Shown in pieces: positions 27,317 through 40,009 of a stretch of 64,000 bases of DNA (within the stretch, counting starts at the first letter, position 1; each line of letters begins with the position of its first letter). The notes beneath the pieces were generated by a model. The model was not told the origin of the DNA, searched no databases, and saw only the letters and a program-made list of their open reading frames with translations. The translations under genes and the position numbers were made by a program. This stretch comes from Eledone cirrhosa (lineage: Eukaryota): contig OZ024742.1 of NCBI GenBank assembly GCA_964016885.1, positions 10,540,001 through 10,604,000 of the forward strand, given 5' to 3'.

Positions 27317-28576
27317 TAAGGCGGTGGATTGGCAGTATCGGTAGAGCGTCGGACGCCATGTTAGGGCGGTGGATTGGCAGTATCGGTAGAGCGTCGGACG
27401 CCATGTTAGGGCGGTGGATTGGCAGTATCGGTAGAGCGTCGGACGCCATGTTAGGGCGGTGGATTGGCAGTATCGGTAGAGCGTCGGACGCCATGTTAAG
27501 GCGGTGGATTGGCAGTATCGGTAGAGCGTCGGACGCCATGTTAGGGCGGTGGATTGGCAGTATCGGTAGAGCGTCGGACGCCATGTTAGGGCGGTGGATT
27601 GGCAGTATCGGTAGAGCGTCGGACGCCATGTTAAGGCGGTGGATTGGCAGTATCGGTAGAGCGTCGGACGCCATGTTAAGGCGGTGGATTGGCAGTATCG
27701 GTAGAGCGTCGGACGCCATGTTAGGGCGGTGGATTGGCAGTATCGGTAGAGCGTCGGACGCCATGTTAGGGCGGTGGATTGGCAGTATCGGTAGAGCGTC
27801 GGACGCCATGTTAGGGCGGTGGATTGGCAGTATCGGTAGAGCGTCGGACGCCATGTTAAGGCGGTGGATTGGCAGTATCGGTAGAGCGTCGGACGCCATG
27901 TTAGGGCGGTGGATTGGCAGTATCGGTAGAGCGTCGGACGCCATGTTAGGGCGGTGGATTGGCAGTATCGGTAGAGCGTCGGACGCCATGTTAAGGCGGT
28001 GGATTGGCAGTATCGGTAGAGCGTCGGACGCCATGTTAGGGCGGTGGATTGGCAGTATCGGTAGAGCGTCGGACGCCATGTTAGGGCGGTGGATTGGCAG
28101 TATCGGTAGAGCGTCGGACGCCATGTTAGGGCGGTGGATTGGCAGTATCGGTAGAGCGTCGGACGCCATGTTAAGGCGGTGGATTGGCAGTATCGGTAGA
28201 GCGTCGGACGCCATGTTAGGGCGGTGGATTGGCAGTATCGGTAGAGCGTCGGACGCCATGTTAGGGCGGTGGATTGGCAGTATCGGTAGAGCGTCGGACG
28301 CCATGTTAAGGCGGTGGATTGGCAGTATCGGTAGAGCGTCGGACGCCATGTTAAGGCGGTGGATTGGCAGTATCGGTAGAGCGTCGGACGCCATGTTAGG
28401 GCGGTGGATTGGCAGTATCGGTAGAGCGTCGGACGCCATGTTAAGGCGGTGGATTGGCAGTATCGGTAGAGCGTCGGACGCCATGTTAAGGCGGTGGATT
28501 GGCAGTATCGGTAGAGCGTCGGACGCCATGTTAGGGCGGTGGATTGGCAGTATCGGTAGAGCGTCGGACGCCATGC
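27317..28576 (+). repeat. 45-bp tandem array (~28 copies) of the SINE family A 5' head
   Basis: Unit ta(a/g)ggcggtggattggcagtatcggtagagcgtcggacgccatgt matches the first ~45 nt of the SINE at 40136. Confidence 0.95.
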
Positions 28577-28720
28577 TTTCCAGCATAGTTACGTCCCTTT
28601 ACGGTCTGAGTTCAAATCCCGCCGAGGTTGACTTTGCCTTTCATCCTTACGGGGTCGATAAAATAAAGTACCAGTAATGCACTGGGTAATTGCTGGCCTT
28701 GTGCCTAAAGTAGAAACAAT
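28535..28720 (+). mobile_element. Full-length SINE family A terminating the 45-bp array
   Basis: The last head unit continues into gctttccagcatagttacgtccc, B-box gagttcaaatcc and the end gtagaaacaa. Confidence 0.88.
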
Positions 28721-29054
28721 TATCATCATGACTTTGATGATGATGGTGGTGGTGGTGGCGGTGGTGGTGGTGGCGGCGGTGGTGGGTGGTGGTGGTGGCG
28801 GTGGTGGTGATGGTGGCGGTGGTGGGTGGTGGTGGTGGGCGGTGGTGGCGGCGGTGGTGGCGGCGGCGGTGGTGGCGGCGGTGGTGGTGGTGAATACTTA
28901 TATAATACTTTTGACAATGCTGCATTAGTTAGCAACAATTATAATATTTATCCTTTACGATGATGATGATGTTACTACTACTACTGATGATGATGATGAT
29001 GTTAAGTGTTTGTCCTTTGTAACAATAGAGTTGTAAGTAGATATTATTGAAGGA

Positions 29055-29299
29055 CTTGGGCTGTTAATGCCTCTGGGTTCGATTCCTGGACTGGGCTGTG
29101 TTGTGTTCTTGGACAAAACACTTCATTTTACATTGCTCCAGTATAGTCAGCTGAAAAGGTGTACCAGCAATAGTAGCTAAGTGTTTAAACCTGTGATGGA
29201 CTGGTGTCCTGTCCAGGGGGAAGTTGTGTACTCTCTCACTTAACACCACAGAAACCCTAAGTACCGGCCTAATGAGCTTCCGGGCACAAGACAGACTTT

Positions 29300-29300
<1 letters not shown>
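29055..29300 (+). mobile_element. tRNA-derived SINE family B
   Basis: B-box ggttcgattcc, then ggactgggctgtgttgtgttcttggacaaaacacttcattttacattgctccag. Related copies at 35957-36070 (+) and 37930-38070 (-). Confidence 0.7.
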
Positions 29301-29349
<49 letters not shown>

Positions 29350-29453
29350 TATTTTCCGTTGTGTTGTAATATAAATATTACACACAGTAGATTATCAGCT
29401 CACGTAGAGTTTGCTCGACGGTTCCAGTTGTAGTTCCAAAAGTAATCCGGAGA

Positions 29454-29570
29454 GTAATCTGATGAAATGACAGTAAATAATAACATTGAAATATTGAATG
29501 TCTGCATAACTAAAAGTTTGTAGATAGCTGTTTTAGGTTATGTAACTGTTATAGAAACACGTGTCAATAA
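29454..29570 (+). ncRNA. Hammerhead motif with long stem II (stem I poor)
   Basis: CTGATGA a atgacagt…actgttat a GAAAC ACGT GTC, with palindromic stem III. Confidence 0.5.
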
Positions 29571-30240
29571 ATTCCTTTCAACTAAACTGTATCCATTCAA
29601 ATCTTTCTATATATATATATATATATATATATACTCGGAATTTTTCCTAGAGTGCTTAAAATTATTTGCGACTAATCCCGGTTAAAAAAAAAAAAAACGC
29701 GATAATATTGCTATTTTGCTGAACTCCTTACATTTTGTAGAGTTTTTTCGGAATGTTTTTGACTGCTGTTTCTTGTAAATAGACATTCGTCTCATTCTGA
29801 AGTCACCAGCCATGTCTCTCCATGTGTGTTTATTTTCATAATTCCGCACGAGGTGAACTAGCCTGCTTTTAAATTCCCTTTTTGGCATATTTTGGCAGTA
29901 GAACTTTTAGTTATCGTGTTGAGCTCTACTGAGGAACAGTTCCAACCGTGACTAATCCCACTGAAAAGTTTCGTGAAACAGTCTTTTTAAGACTATATAG
30001 AGCATTTGTAGTTTTTCCAAATTGAAGGATGAGTATTTAAACTTTATTTTATTCTGAGTTAAGACTCTATTGGTTTTTTCCCTGGATTTCACAAAATCTG
30101 TGGATAAAATCTGTCTTGATTTTTTTTTTTAATTGAGTTTGAATTATTTTCCCATATGTTACGTTAATTATTTTCCATTTTGACGTCATAGTCACTTATA
30201 TATTTCTATATTTTCATTTATATATATATATATATATATA

Positions 30241-30502
30241 TGTAGGAGGTGAGTTTTATTGTAGTACAATAAAGCAATGCAGATATCGGATAAGAAGCAC
30301 TCTACAGTTTGTAGGACTGGAGTATACATAATATAAGATATGTTGATTTAAAACTGCACTATCCACAAGTGTTTTTTAGCCTTCATATCATGTTTTCCTG
30401 TTTTATCTGATGAAAACACAAATATTATTGCATGATGATGTTTGTTTTTGAAATGCGCATAATAAAATACATGGAACTCCTTTAACCATCTTTTGATCTT
30501 AT
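30241..30502. mobile_element. Non-coding hammerhead module, same family as 6440-6815
   Basis: Starts tgtaggaggtgag…agcactc like 6440 and ends ggaactcctttaaccatcttt like 6778. TA repeats on both flanks. Confidence 0.75.
30401..30467 (+). ncRNA. Type I hammerhead ribozyme
   Basis: ttttat CTGATGA aaac…gttttt GAAA TGCGCA TA ataaaa. Confidence 0.75.
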
Positions 30503-30799
30503 ATTATATATATATATATATACTCTACATAACCTTGTGATGGTCTGGTGTCTTATATAATCACAAACCTTGGTGTCCGATGCTCTACTGATACTGCCTA
30601 CCCATTGTTGATGGTGGTGGTGATGGTGTTGATGGTGGTGGTGGTGGTGGCGGTGGTGATGGTGGTGGCGGTGGTGATGGCGGTGGCGGTGGTGGTGGTA
30701 GTGGTGGTGATGTTTACTATAGTGACTCTTATTTGGAAATTCAATCACATTCCATCTATTAACTTGTATTTATTTATATTTGACATTGTCATCATAGCA

Positions 30800-32930
30800 T
30801 TGTTGTTGTTGTTGTTGTTGACGTCTCTGTTGTTGTTGTTGTTGACGTCCCTGTTGTTGCTGTTGTTGACGTCCCTGTTGTTGTTGTTGACGTCCTTGTT
30901 GTTGTTGACTTCCCTGTTGTTGTTGTTGTTGACGTCCCTGTTGTTGTTGCTGTTGTTGACGTCCCTGTTGTTGTTGTTGTTGACGTCCCTGTTGTTGTTG
31001 TTGTTGACGTCCCTGTTGTTGTTGTTGTTGACGTCCCTGTTGTTGCTGTTGTTGACGTCCCTGTTGTTGTTGTTGTTGACGTCCCTGTTGTTGTTGTTGT
31101 TGACGTCCCTGTTGTTGTTGCTGTTGTTGACGTCCCTGTTGTTGTTGTTGTTGTTGACGTCCCTGTTGTTGTTGCTGTTGTTGACGTCCCTGTTGTTGTT
31201 GTTGTTGTTGACGTCCCTGTTGTTGTTGACGTCCCTGTTGTTGCTGTTGTTGACGTCCCTGTTGTTGTTGCTGTTGTTGACGTCCCTGTTGTTGTTGCTG
31301 TTGTTGACGTCCTTGTTGTTGTTGACGTCCCTGTTGTTGTTGCTGTTGTTGACGTCCCTGTTGTTGTTGCTGTTGTTGACGTCCTTGTTGTTGTTGACGT
31401 CCCTGTTGTTGTTGTTGTTGTTGACGTCCCTGTTGTTGTTGCTGTTGTTGACGTCCCTGTTGTTGTTGTTGTTGTTGACGTCCCTGTTGTTGTTGCTGTT
31501 GTTGACGTCCCTGTTGTTGTTGTTGTTGTTGACGTCCCTGTTGTTGTTGCTGTTGTTGACGTCCCTGTTGTTGTTGCTGTTGTTGACGTTGTTGTTGACG
31601 TCCCTGTTGTTGTTGCTGTTGTTGACGTCCCTGTTGTTGTTGCTGTTGTTGACGTCCCTGTTGTTGTTGTTGACGTCCCTGTTGTTGTTGTTGTTGTTGA
31701 CGTCCCTGTTGTTGTTGTTGTTGACGTCCCTGTTGTTGTTGTTGTTGACGTCCCTGTTGTTGTTGTTGTTGTTGACGTCCCTGTTGTTGACGTCCCTGTT
31801 GTTGTTGCTGTTGTTGACGTCCCTGTTGTTGTTGTTGTTGTTGACGTCCCTGTTGTTGTTGTTGTTGTTGACGTCCCTGTTGTTGTTGTTGTTGACGTCC
31901 CTGTTGTTGTTGTTGTTGTTGACGTCCCTGTTGTTGTTGACGTCCCTGTTGTTGCTGTTGTTGACGTCCCTGTTGTTGTTGCTGTTGTTGACGTCCCTGT
32001 TGTTGTTGACGTCCCTGTTGTTGTTGTTGTTGTTGACGTCCCTGTTGTTGTTGTTGTTGTTGACGTCCCTGTTGTTGTTGTTGTTGACGTCCCTGTTGTT
32101 GTTGTTGTTGTTGACGTCCCTGTTGTTGTTGACGTCCCTGTTGTTGCTGTTGTTGACGTCCCTGTTGTTGTTGCTGTTGTTGACGTCCCTGTTGTTGTTG
32201 ACGTCCCTGTTGTTGTTGTTGTTGTTGACGTCCCTGTTGTTGTTGACGTCCCTGTTGTTGTTGCTGTTGTTGACGTCCCTGTTGTTGTTGACGTCCCTGT
32301 TGTTGCTGTTGTTGACGTCCCTGTTGTTGTTGCTGTTGTTGACGTCCCTGTTGTTGTTGACGTCCCTGTTGTTGTTGTTGTTGTTGACGTCCCTGTTGTT
32401 GTTGTTGTTGTTGACGTCCCTGTTGTTGTTGTTGTTGTTGACGTCCCTGTTGTTGTTGTTGTTGACGTCCCTGTTGTTGTTGTTGTTGTTGACGTCCCTG
32501 TTGTTGTTGACGTCCCTGTTGTTGCTGTTGTTGACGTCCCTGTTGTTGTTGCTGTTGTTGACGTCCCTGTTGTTGTTGACGTCCCTGTTGTTGTTGTTGT
32601 TGTTGACGTCCCTGTTGTTGTTGACGTCCCTGTTGTTGTTGCTGTTGTTGACGTCCCTGTTGTTGTTGTTGTTGTTGACGTCCTTGTTGTTGTTGACGTC
32701 CCTGTTGTTGTTGACGTCCCTGTTGTTGTTGTTGTTGTTGACGTCCCTGTTGTTGTTGACGTCCCTGTTGTTGCTGTTGTTGACGTCCCTGTTGTTGTTG
32801 CTGTTGTTGACGTCCCTGTTGTTGTTGTTGTTGACGTCCCTGTTGTTGCTGTTGTTGACGTCCCTGTTGTTGTTGTTGTTGTTGACGTCCTTGTTGTTGT
32901 TGACGTCCCTGTTGTTGTTGTTGTTGACAT
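30800..32930. repeat. Compound array [(GTT)n GACGTCCCT]
   Basis: About 2.1 kb of a fixed 9-bp spacer between variable (GTT)n runs. Confidence 0.95.
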
Positions 32931-33079
32931 TGTCAGGTGTTATAGATGTTGTTGTTGTTAAAATTATTGTTGTTACTTCATCTTGTTGTTGTAACTGTTG
33001 TTATTGTTCCTATTGTTGTTGTTGCCAGTGTTGCTACTGTCACAGATAATGTTGTTCTTGTTTTATTCTTATTGTTCTT

Positions 33080-34520
33080 GTTGTTATTGTTGTAGCTGTT
33101 ATTGTTGTAGCTGTTGTAGTTGTTGTTATTGTTGTAGCTGTTGTTGTTATTATTATTCTTGTAGCTGTTGTTATTGTTATTGTTGTAGCTGTTGTAGCTG
33201 TTGTTATTATTGATGTAGCTGTTATTGTTATTGTTGTAGCTGTTATTGTTATTGTTGTAGCTGTTGTAGCTGTTGTTATTATTGATGTAGCTGTTATTGT
33301 TATTGTTGTAGCTGTTGTTGTTGTTATTGTTGTAGCTGTTGTTGTTGTTATTGTTGTAGCTGTTATTGTTATTGTTGTAGCTGTTATTGTTATTGTTATA
33401 GCTGTTGTTGTTGTTATTGTTGTAGCTGTTGTTGTTGTTATTGTTGTAGCTGTTATTGTTATTGTTGTAGCTGTTGTTGTTGTTATTGTTGTAGCTGTTG
33501 TTGTTGTTATTGTTGTAGCTGTTATTGTTATTGTTGTAGCTGTTGTAGCTGTTGTTATTATTGATGTAGCTGTTATTGTTATTGTTGTAGCTGTTGTTGT
33601 TGTTATTGTTGTAGCTGTTATTGTTATTGTTGTAGCTGTTATTGTTATTGTTGTAGCTGTTGTTGTTGTTATTGTTGTAGCTGTTGTTGTTGTTATTGTT
33701 GTAGCTGTTATTGTTATTGTTGTAGCTGTTGTTGTTGTTATTGTTGTAGCTGTTGTTGTTGTTATTGTTGTAGCTGTTATTGTTATTGTTGTAGCTGTTA
33801 TTGTTATTGTTGTAGCTGTTGTAGCTGTTGTTATTATTGATGTAGCTGTTATTGTTATTGTTGTAGCTGTTGTTGTTGTTATTGTTGTAGCTGTTATTGT
33901 TATTGTTGTAGCTGTTATTGTTATTGTTGTAGCTGTTATTGTTATTGTTGTAGCTGTTGTTGTTGTTGTTATTATTGATGTAGCTGTTATTGTTATTGTT
34001 GTAGCTGTTATTGTTATTGTTGTAGCTGTTGTAGCCTAGTTATTGTTATTGTTGTAGCTGTTGTAGCTGTTGTTATTATTGATGTAGCTGTTATTGTTAT
34101 TGTTGTAGCTGTTGTAGCCGTTGTTATTGTTATTGTTGTAGCTGTTGTTGTTGTTGTTATTGTTATTGTTGTAGCCGTTCTTGTTGTTATTGTTGTAGCT
34201 GTTGTTGTTGTTGTTGTAGCTGTTGTAGCCATTGTTATTGTTGTAGCTGTTGTTATTGTTATTGTTGTAGCTGTTGTAGTTGTTGTTATTGTTATTGTTG
34301 TAGCCGTTGTTGTTGTTATTGTTGTAGCTGTTGTTGTTGTTGTTGTAGCTGTTGTAGCCGTTGTTATTGTTGTAGCTGTTGTTATTGTTATTGTTGTAGC
34401 TGTTGTAGTTGTTATTGTTGTAGCTGTTGTAGTTGTTATTGTTGTAGCTGTTGTTATTGTTATTGTTGTAGCTGTTGTAGCCGTTGTTGTTGTTATTGTT
34501 GTAGCTGTTGTTGTTGTTTC
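33080..34520. repeat. [(GTT/ATT)n GTAGCT] array
   Basis: Direct inspection. Confidence 0.9.
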
Positions 34521-34855
34521 ACATTGTCAAAATTGATTTCAGTTCTGTAATTTGTCTGGGGACATTGAGAATTCTTCCAATTGAAAGTTGTTTAATAAAC
34601 AAGACACTATTACCATGGCACAGACAGACAGACAGACGGACAGACCACTGCTGGTTGTTACAACAACAACAACATGGTAGATACAGACAGACAGACAGAC
34701 AGACCACTGCTGGTTGTTACAACAACAACAACAATACTGGTTGTTGTTTATCCTGTTGCTGTTTATGATGATGTTGTGATGACAACAACAACAACAACAG
34801 CATGCCTGATACAGACAGACTAATGATGATTGCTAACAATATTAACAATAATAAT

Positions 34856-35021
34856 TGTTTCTACTTTAGGCACAAGGCCAGCAATTGCCCAGTGCATTAC
34901 TGGTACTTTATTTTATCGACCCCGTAAGGATGAAAGGCAAAGTCAACCTCGGCGGGATTTGAACTCAGATCGTAAAGGGACGTAACTATGCTGGAAAGCA
35001 TGGCGTCCGACCCTCTACCGT
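34856..35021 (-). mobile_element. SINE family A (young copy)
   Basis: Near-identical reverse complement of 28550-28720. Confidence 0.85.
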
Positions 35022-35619
35022 TGTTTGTTGTTGTTTACTGTTGTTATAGTAATGACAACAGTAACAACACCAGTAATTTGAAGATACTAATAACAGCAAC
35101 AACAACAACAAAGACTAACAGCAATAACAATGGTAATATTAATAATAATAATAATTATTATTGTTGTTGTTGTTGCTATTATTGTCCATGTTAGTTTCTT
35201 TTTAAATTTGAATTATTTATTTCTGTATAAACCACTGGTGTGTTTTGTATTTGTTTAGTTATGTCTTTGTTTGTTTTATTATTTTTGGCGGGGGGGGGGG
35301 CTGTTCTTGTAATGTCTTGTACATCTGTCACTCTTGTGGCAAATGAAGTAAATAATAATTATCATCATCATCATTTTATTAGCTACCAACATCAGTATCA
35401 TCATCAGCAGCATCATATTAGCTATCATCATCATCATCATCATTATATAAGCTATCAACATCAGTATCATCATCAGCAGCATAATATTAGCTATCATCAT
35501 CATTATATTAGTTATCAACATTGAATATCTATAACCATGTTTATAATAAAATGGTTTAGCTAATATTTCTATAACCATTTGTAAATATTTATATATTTAT
35601 ATTTGCTGTATAATTTAAT

Positions 35620-35666
35620 TTGCTTTCAATTTCCATATATTTTTCATTTTTATTTTCTAGGTAAGT
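35620..35666 (+). promoter_or_regulatory. Juxtaposed 3'/5' splice sites (candidate recursive splice site)
   Basis: ttttcatttttattttctAG|GTAAGT: AG-free pyrimidine tract, YAG acceptor, then a perfect consensus donor. Confidence 0.5.
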
Positions 35667-35956
35667 CATTTGTGAATTCTGTTTGCTGAAAGATGAATGT
35701 AAGTTAAAATTTCAAATCTATTTTGTCATCCTCTTTAAAACTCAAACCTTTACTACAAACTATATTGGAATAACATTTCTGTTGACTGGTCAGGGATGGA
35801 GGGCTTTTACAGTTCTAATAAATTTTATATTGTGTTTTTTTTTAGGGCAGGGTAAACAAAAACCCTCTGTAAAATTTCCAAAGTTTCTTTTGTCACGTTT
35901 CCTAGTAAATACACAATCCCCAGACTTTTGGAGGTTGTTTATGTCTGTCCGATGAA

Positions 35957-36070
35957 GGCGTGTGGCTGAGTGGTTAGAGAATAGGATTCACGATCTTGAG
36001 GTTGTGAGTTCGATTCCTGGACCGGGCGATGCATTATGTCCTTGGGCAAGACACTTTATTTCACGCTGCT
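35957..36070 (+). mobile_element. tRNA-derived SINE family B head
   Basis: ggcgtgtggctgagtggttagag (A box), gagttcgattcctgg (B box), then ttgggcaagacactttatttcacgctgctcc. Confidence 0.8.
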
Positions 36071-36484
36071 CCTTCTACCTGGAGTTGCGACCGATAGATA
36101 GTACTAACAACTGGAAATACTAACGGAAGCATCGTTTCCTCGGTCCAATTTGACGAAAGTTGATTGATACTTTTTTTTTTTTATGTCTGTCTAAATTTGA
36201 TGCTAGCCAAAGTTATAGATAGTTTCAGTGACAAGATCCCAGACCTCGAGCTTGACATCAAGTTGATTCTGTTCTGGGCAGACTGACAAATACATTTATT
36301 AATATATATATTTTTTACTATACTTTTAAGACTATTTCTCTACTTCTCTCATATATACTTTGCAAGGTGCATGGCTTAGTGGTTAGGGATGTTTGGTTAA
36401 TGATCATATGTTAGTGAGTTCAGTTGCTGGTGGTTTTATATGTCCTTCAGCAAGACAATATATCATCAACATGACTTTCTTGGT

Positions 36485-36690
36485 AGCAATCGATAGAGCG
36501 TCAGACAATATGCTTTGTAGCATATAGTTACATCCCTTTATGTTCTGAGTTCAAATCTCACCAAGGTTAGCTTCGCCTTTCATCCCTATAGGGCCAACAA
36601 AGTAAAACAACAGTAATGACGGGGTTGATTTAATAAAATGTCCCTCTCCCCAAAAATTGTTGGCCTTGTGCCTAAATCAGAAACCATTTT
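36485..36690 (+). mobile_element. SINE family A, diverged
   Basis: gatagagcgtcagac…ctgagttcaaatc…ttggccttgtgcctaaatcagaaac. Confidence 0.7.
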
Positions 36691-36891
36691 TACTCTGATG
36701 TTTGGAACAGAAAGGATCTTACATATAATTATGATGGAATGTTTCTAAATATAAACATGTTAAAATTATCAAGTTTGTATTGTACTAGGGGCAGTTCCTG
36801 GCAGTTCTACACATACACATACACACACATACATACATATATACATATGTATGTATGTGTGTATGTATGTATGTGTGTGTGTGTATGTATG

Positions 36892-36927
<36 letters not shown>

Positions 36928-37517
36928 CATGTATGTATGTACATGTATGTGTATGTATATGTATGTATGTATGTATGTGTATTTATGTATGTGTGTGTAT
37001 GTATGTATGTATGTATGTATGTATGTATGTTTATGTATGGGTTTCTACACAGTGAGATACAGTTTTAACAGCTTATCTTTCCAACACATTCTTGTAATGT
37101 ATTCATATTTTAAAGAAAGAAGTCAACCCAGTTGTGTAAAATACGTTACTGCCCCAAAAACCGAAATTTCAAAGCGGAAATTATAAAGAATTTACATCTC
37201 TTCACACTCATAAATACTAATATGCACAATCATGCATATGTATGCACTAACACATACTCACACACACACACACATATAAATATACACCCAGATACATGCA
37301 TATATACACACACACACACACACACACATGTATATATACAACCAGACACATGCATATATACATACACACACATGTATATATACAACCAGACACATGCACA
37401 CATACACACATATGTATAAATACACCCAAACAGATGCATATTACATATATACACACACAAACACACACACACACACATGTATATATACACCCAGACACAT
37501 GCATATATACATACAAG

Positions 37518-37555
<38 letters not shown>

Positions 37556-37929
37556 TATATACACACAGGCACATGCATATTACATATATACAAACACACA
37601 CACACATATATATGAAATGCATGTGTGTGTCCAATAAGATTGGAAATATCTAAAAGTGAAAATATGTTAAAGTTGGTTCTCTTGTAAAGAAATAGTGGTA
37701 CGAGGGAGGGCCCAGCAAACGACCACTGCTGGAAATTGTCAAGGGGAAGTATGGTACTCTTAGCACATCCCCCACTGCTGGGCATCAGTCAAGGGGAAGT
37801 CTGGTACTCTCACTTTTTTTCTTTTTTTGTGACAGCTCACACCTATACAGGTTTAGCTGGCCTCCTCCAAGGTATATCTCGTTAGAGGTGTCTTGGATTA
37901 TTTAATGATAGGGACCCCAGTCCTATCAT

Positions 37930-38070
37930 CTCATTTTTACAGCTGAGTAAACTGGAGCAATGTGAAATAAAGTGTCTTGCTCAAGGAAGCAACACATCAC
38001 CCAGTCCGAGAATTGAACTCACAACCTTTCGATTGCAAGCCCAATGCTCTAACCACTAAGCCACGCGCCT
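37930..38070 (-). mobile_element. SINE family B
   Basis: Reverse complement begins ggcgcgtggcttagtggttagagcattggg…gagttcaattctcggactggg. Confidence 0.78.
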
Positions 38071-38449
38071 TCAGCACTTGGCAACTGTGATAAACCCTGG
38101 CCTAACTCAAGACTGAGTTTTACTTAACATTGTAGATGTACTCTACATAACCCTGTCATAGACTGGTGTCCTGTCCATGGGGGAATCTTATACACACAGT
38201 CACCTCATGCCAGGGAAACTAGGATAGCACTGGCCTGGTAAGCCTCTGGACTTGAAACAGATTATTAGAGAGACTAGTAGAGAGAAATAGGAAGAATAAA
38301 GAGCAATTGATGGGTTGCTGCTCCAGGCTGCAGTACATCAATATATAATGTTATTCTATGGCAGTAACCTAGCTCTTCTTTGAATTCTTGTAATATAATG
38401 GACTCTGTAAAAGGCACTCAAGGACCAACTGATGGAAGTGTTAAACCAG

Positions 38450-38604
<155 letters not shown>

Positions 38605-38920
38605 TTATAGGCACACACATACATATAGTCTGCTATACAAATATGATGAATGGAAAACTAGTAAAACAACTTTGATTTCTAAACAATAGTTACTCTTCAA
38701 CTTTGAGCTATGATAACTTAAGAACACTTGATACTTGGCAATTCTATATTATGGTAAAAACTGTTGTTTTCTTTGTCTTTATGTTCATCTCAATAGTGCC
38801 ATACCTCTCAATATATTCTGTTATTGTTACTTGATTTTATTGTAAATCCCCACTGTCCCCTATATGTAGGCCCTTGGGGCCAATGAAGATATCATTATTA
38901 TTATTGTTATTATTGTTATT

Positions 38921-39966
38921 CCTTGAATCTCAGTCATTGATGTTGGTTAACTGGAAAGTCCGTTGGAATGAATATCAAGCCACTACCTGCAGCCTCAGAT
39001 ATTCAGGACGTATCGGAGGGTTCTTGCTGTTCCAAGCAAGCATGCCTTTTGAAGCGTTCCAAAAAGCGTGAAGGGGCCGATTTTCTTTAACCATCCCTGG
39101 AAACTTTTGGAGATAGTCCCCAGTGCGCCTATGACAATCGGGATCACTTTGACTTCATGGCAGTTCCAAATCCTTTTCACCTCCCACTTTAGGTCCTGGT
39201 ATCGGTTAATTTTCTCCCTCTCCTTCTCTTGCACTCTCGTGTCGAACGGGCAGGCCACATCCACAATCAGACACGATTTTTTTTCTTTGTCCACAACCAC
39301 CAGGTCAGGTCTATTGTGTTCCAGTTTTTTGTCCGTCTGTATCCTAAAATCCCACAGCACCTTCACCTGATTGTTCTCCATCACCGCCTCCGGCCTATGC
39401 TCATACCATTTCTCAGAATGTGGTAAATTGTTTACTTTGCACAGGTGCCAGTGGATCACCCTGCCCATCACATCGTGTCTCCAGCCCTTATAGTGGGTCT
39501 GGGCTAGGTGTTTACACTCGGACACAATGTGAGCCACAGTCTCCTCTCTCTCTCCACAGATCCTGCACAGTGGGCTAGCCTCCTCCTTGTAAATATGGTG
39601 CTTCAACCACTTCGTTTTGAGGGCCTGCTCCTGCGCAGCCATTATCATTCCTTCTGTAGCCTTTTTGAGGTCTCCTCTTCTCAACCAGTTCCATGTCTGT
39701 GGATCTCTAAATTCAGTTTTCTCAAAGAAGGTACTATGAAGGGATTTTCCCTTAAGGCTGCTCTTCCTCCTTGGACATCCCCTGGCCTACTGTCCCCTCC
39801 TTCAGTACAGTTTTGAGCATTGGCTCCTTACTATAGGTCACGTATTTGTATAGGTTGTTTTTCTCCATCTGAACACAGTCCTCTATGCTGATAAGACCTC
39901 TTCCACCCTCAGATCTCCTTAGGTAGAGTCTATCGACATCACTCCTCTTGTGGAACATGTTGTAGA
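38921..39966 (-). mobile_element. 5'-truncated R4/Dong-type LINE (CCHC knuckle + restriction-like endonuclease) in (TAA)n
   Basis: DVDRLYLRRSEGGRGL, then after a frameshift CRICGEREETVAHIVSEC, RHD, RPDLVVVD, DVACPFD, EKINRY and IPIVIGALG. (TTA)n runs on both flanks fit the known Dong/R4 preference for TAA repeats. Confidence 0.9.
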
Positions 39967-39974
39967 TATTATTA

Positions 39975-40008
<34 letters not shown>

Positions 40009-40009
40009 A

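Noticed and set aside
27282-28677. 434/439-aa repeat ORFs on both strands, and a CRISPR-like look
   Set aside because: The 45-bp unit is a SINE head. It stays open only because 45 is divisible by 3, and there are no unique spacers or cas genes.
35825-35857. Possible 6-nt microexon (tttag|ggcagg|gtaaac)
   Set aside because: The donor is weak and cannot be distinguished from chance without RNA data.
35957-36030. tRNA gene
   Set aside because: It has A and B boxes but continues into a SINE body found elsewhere in the window, with no clean acceptor stem or terminator.
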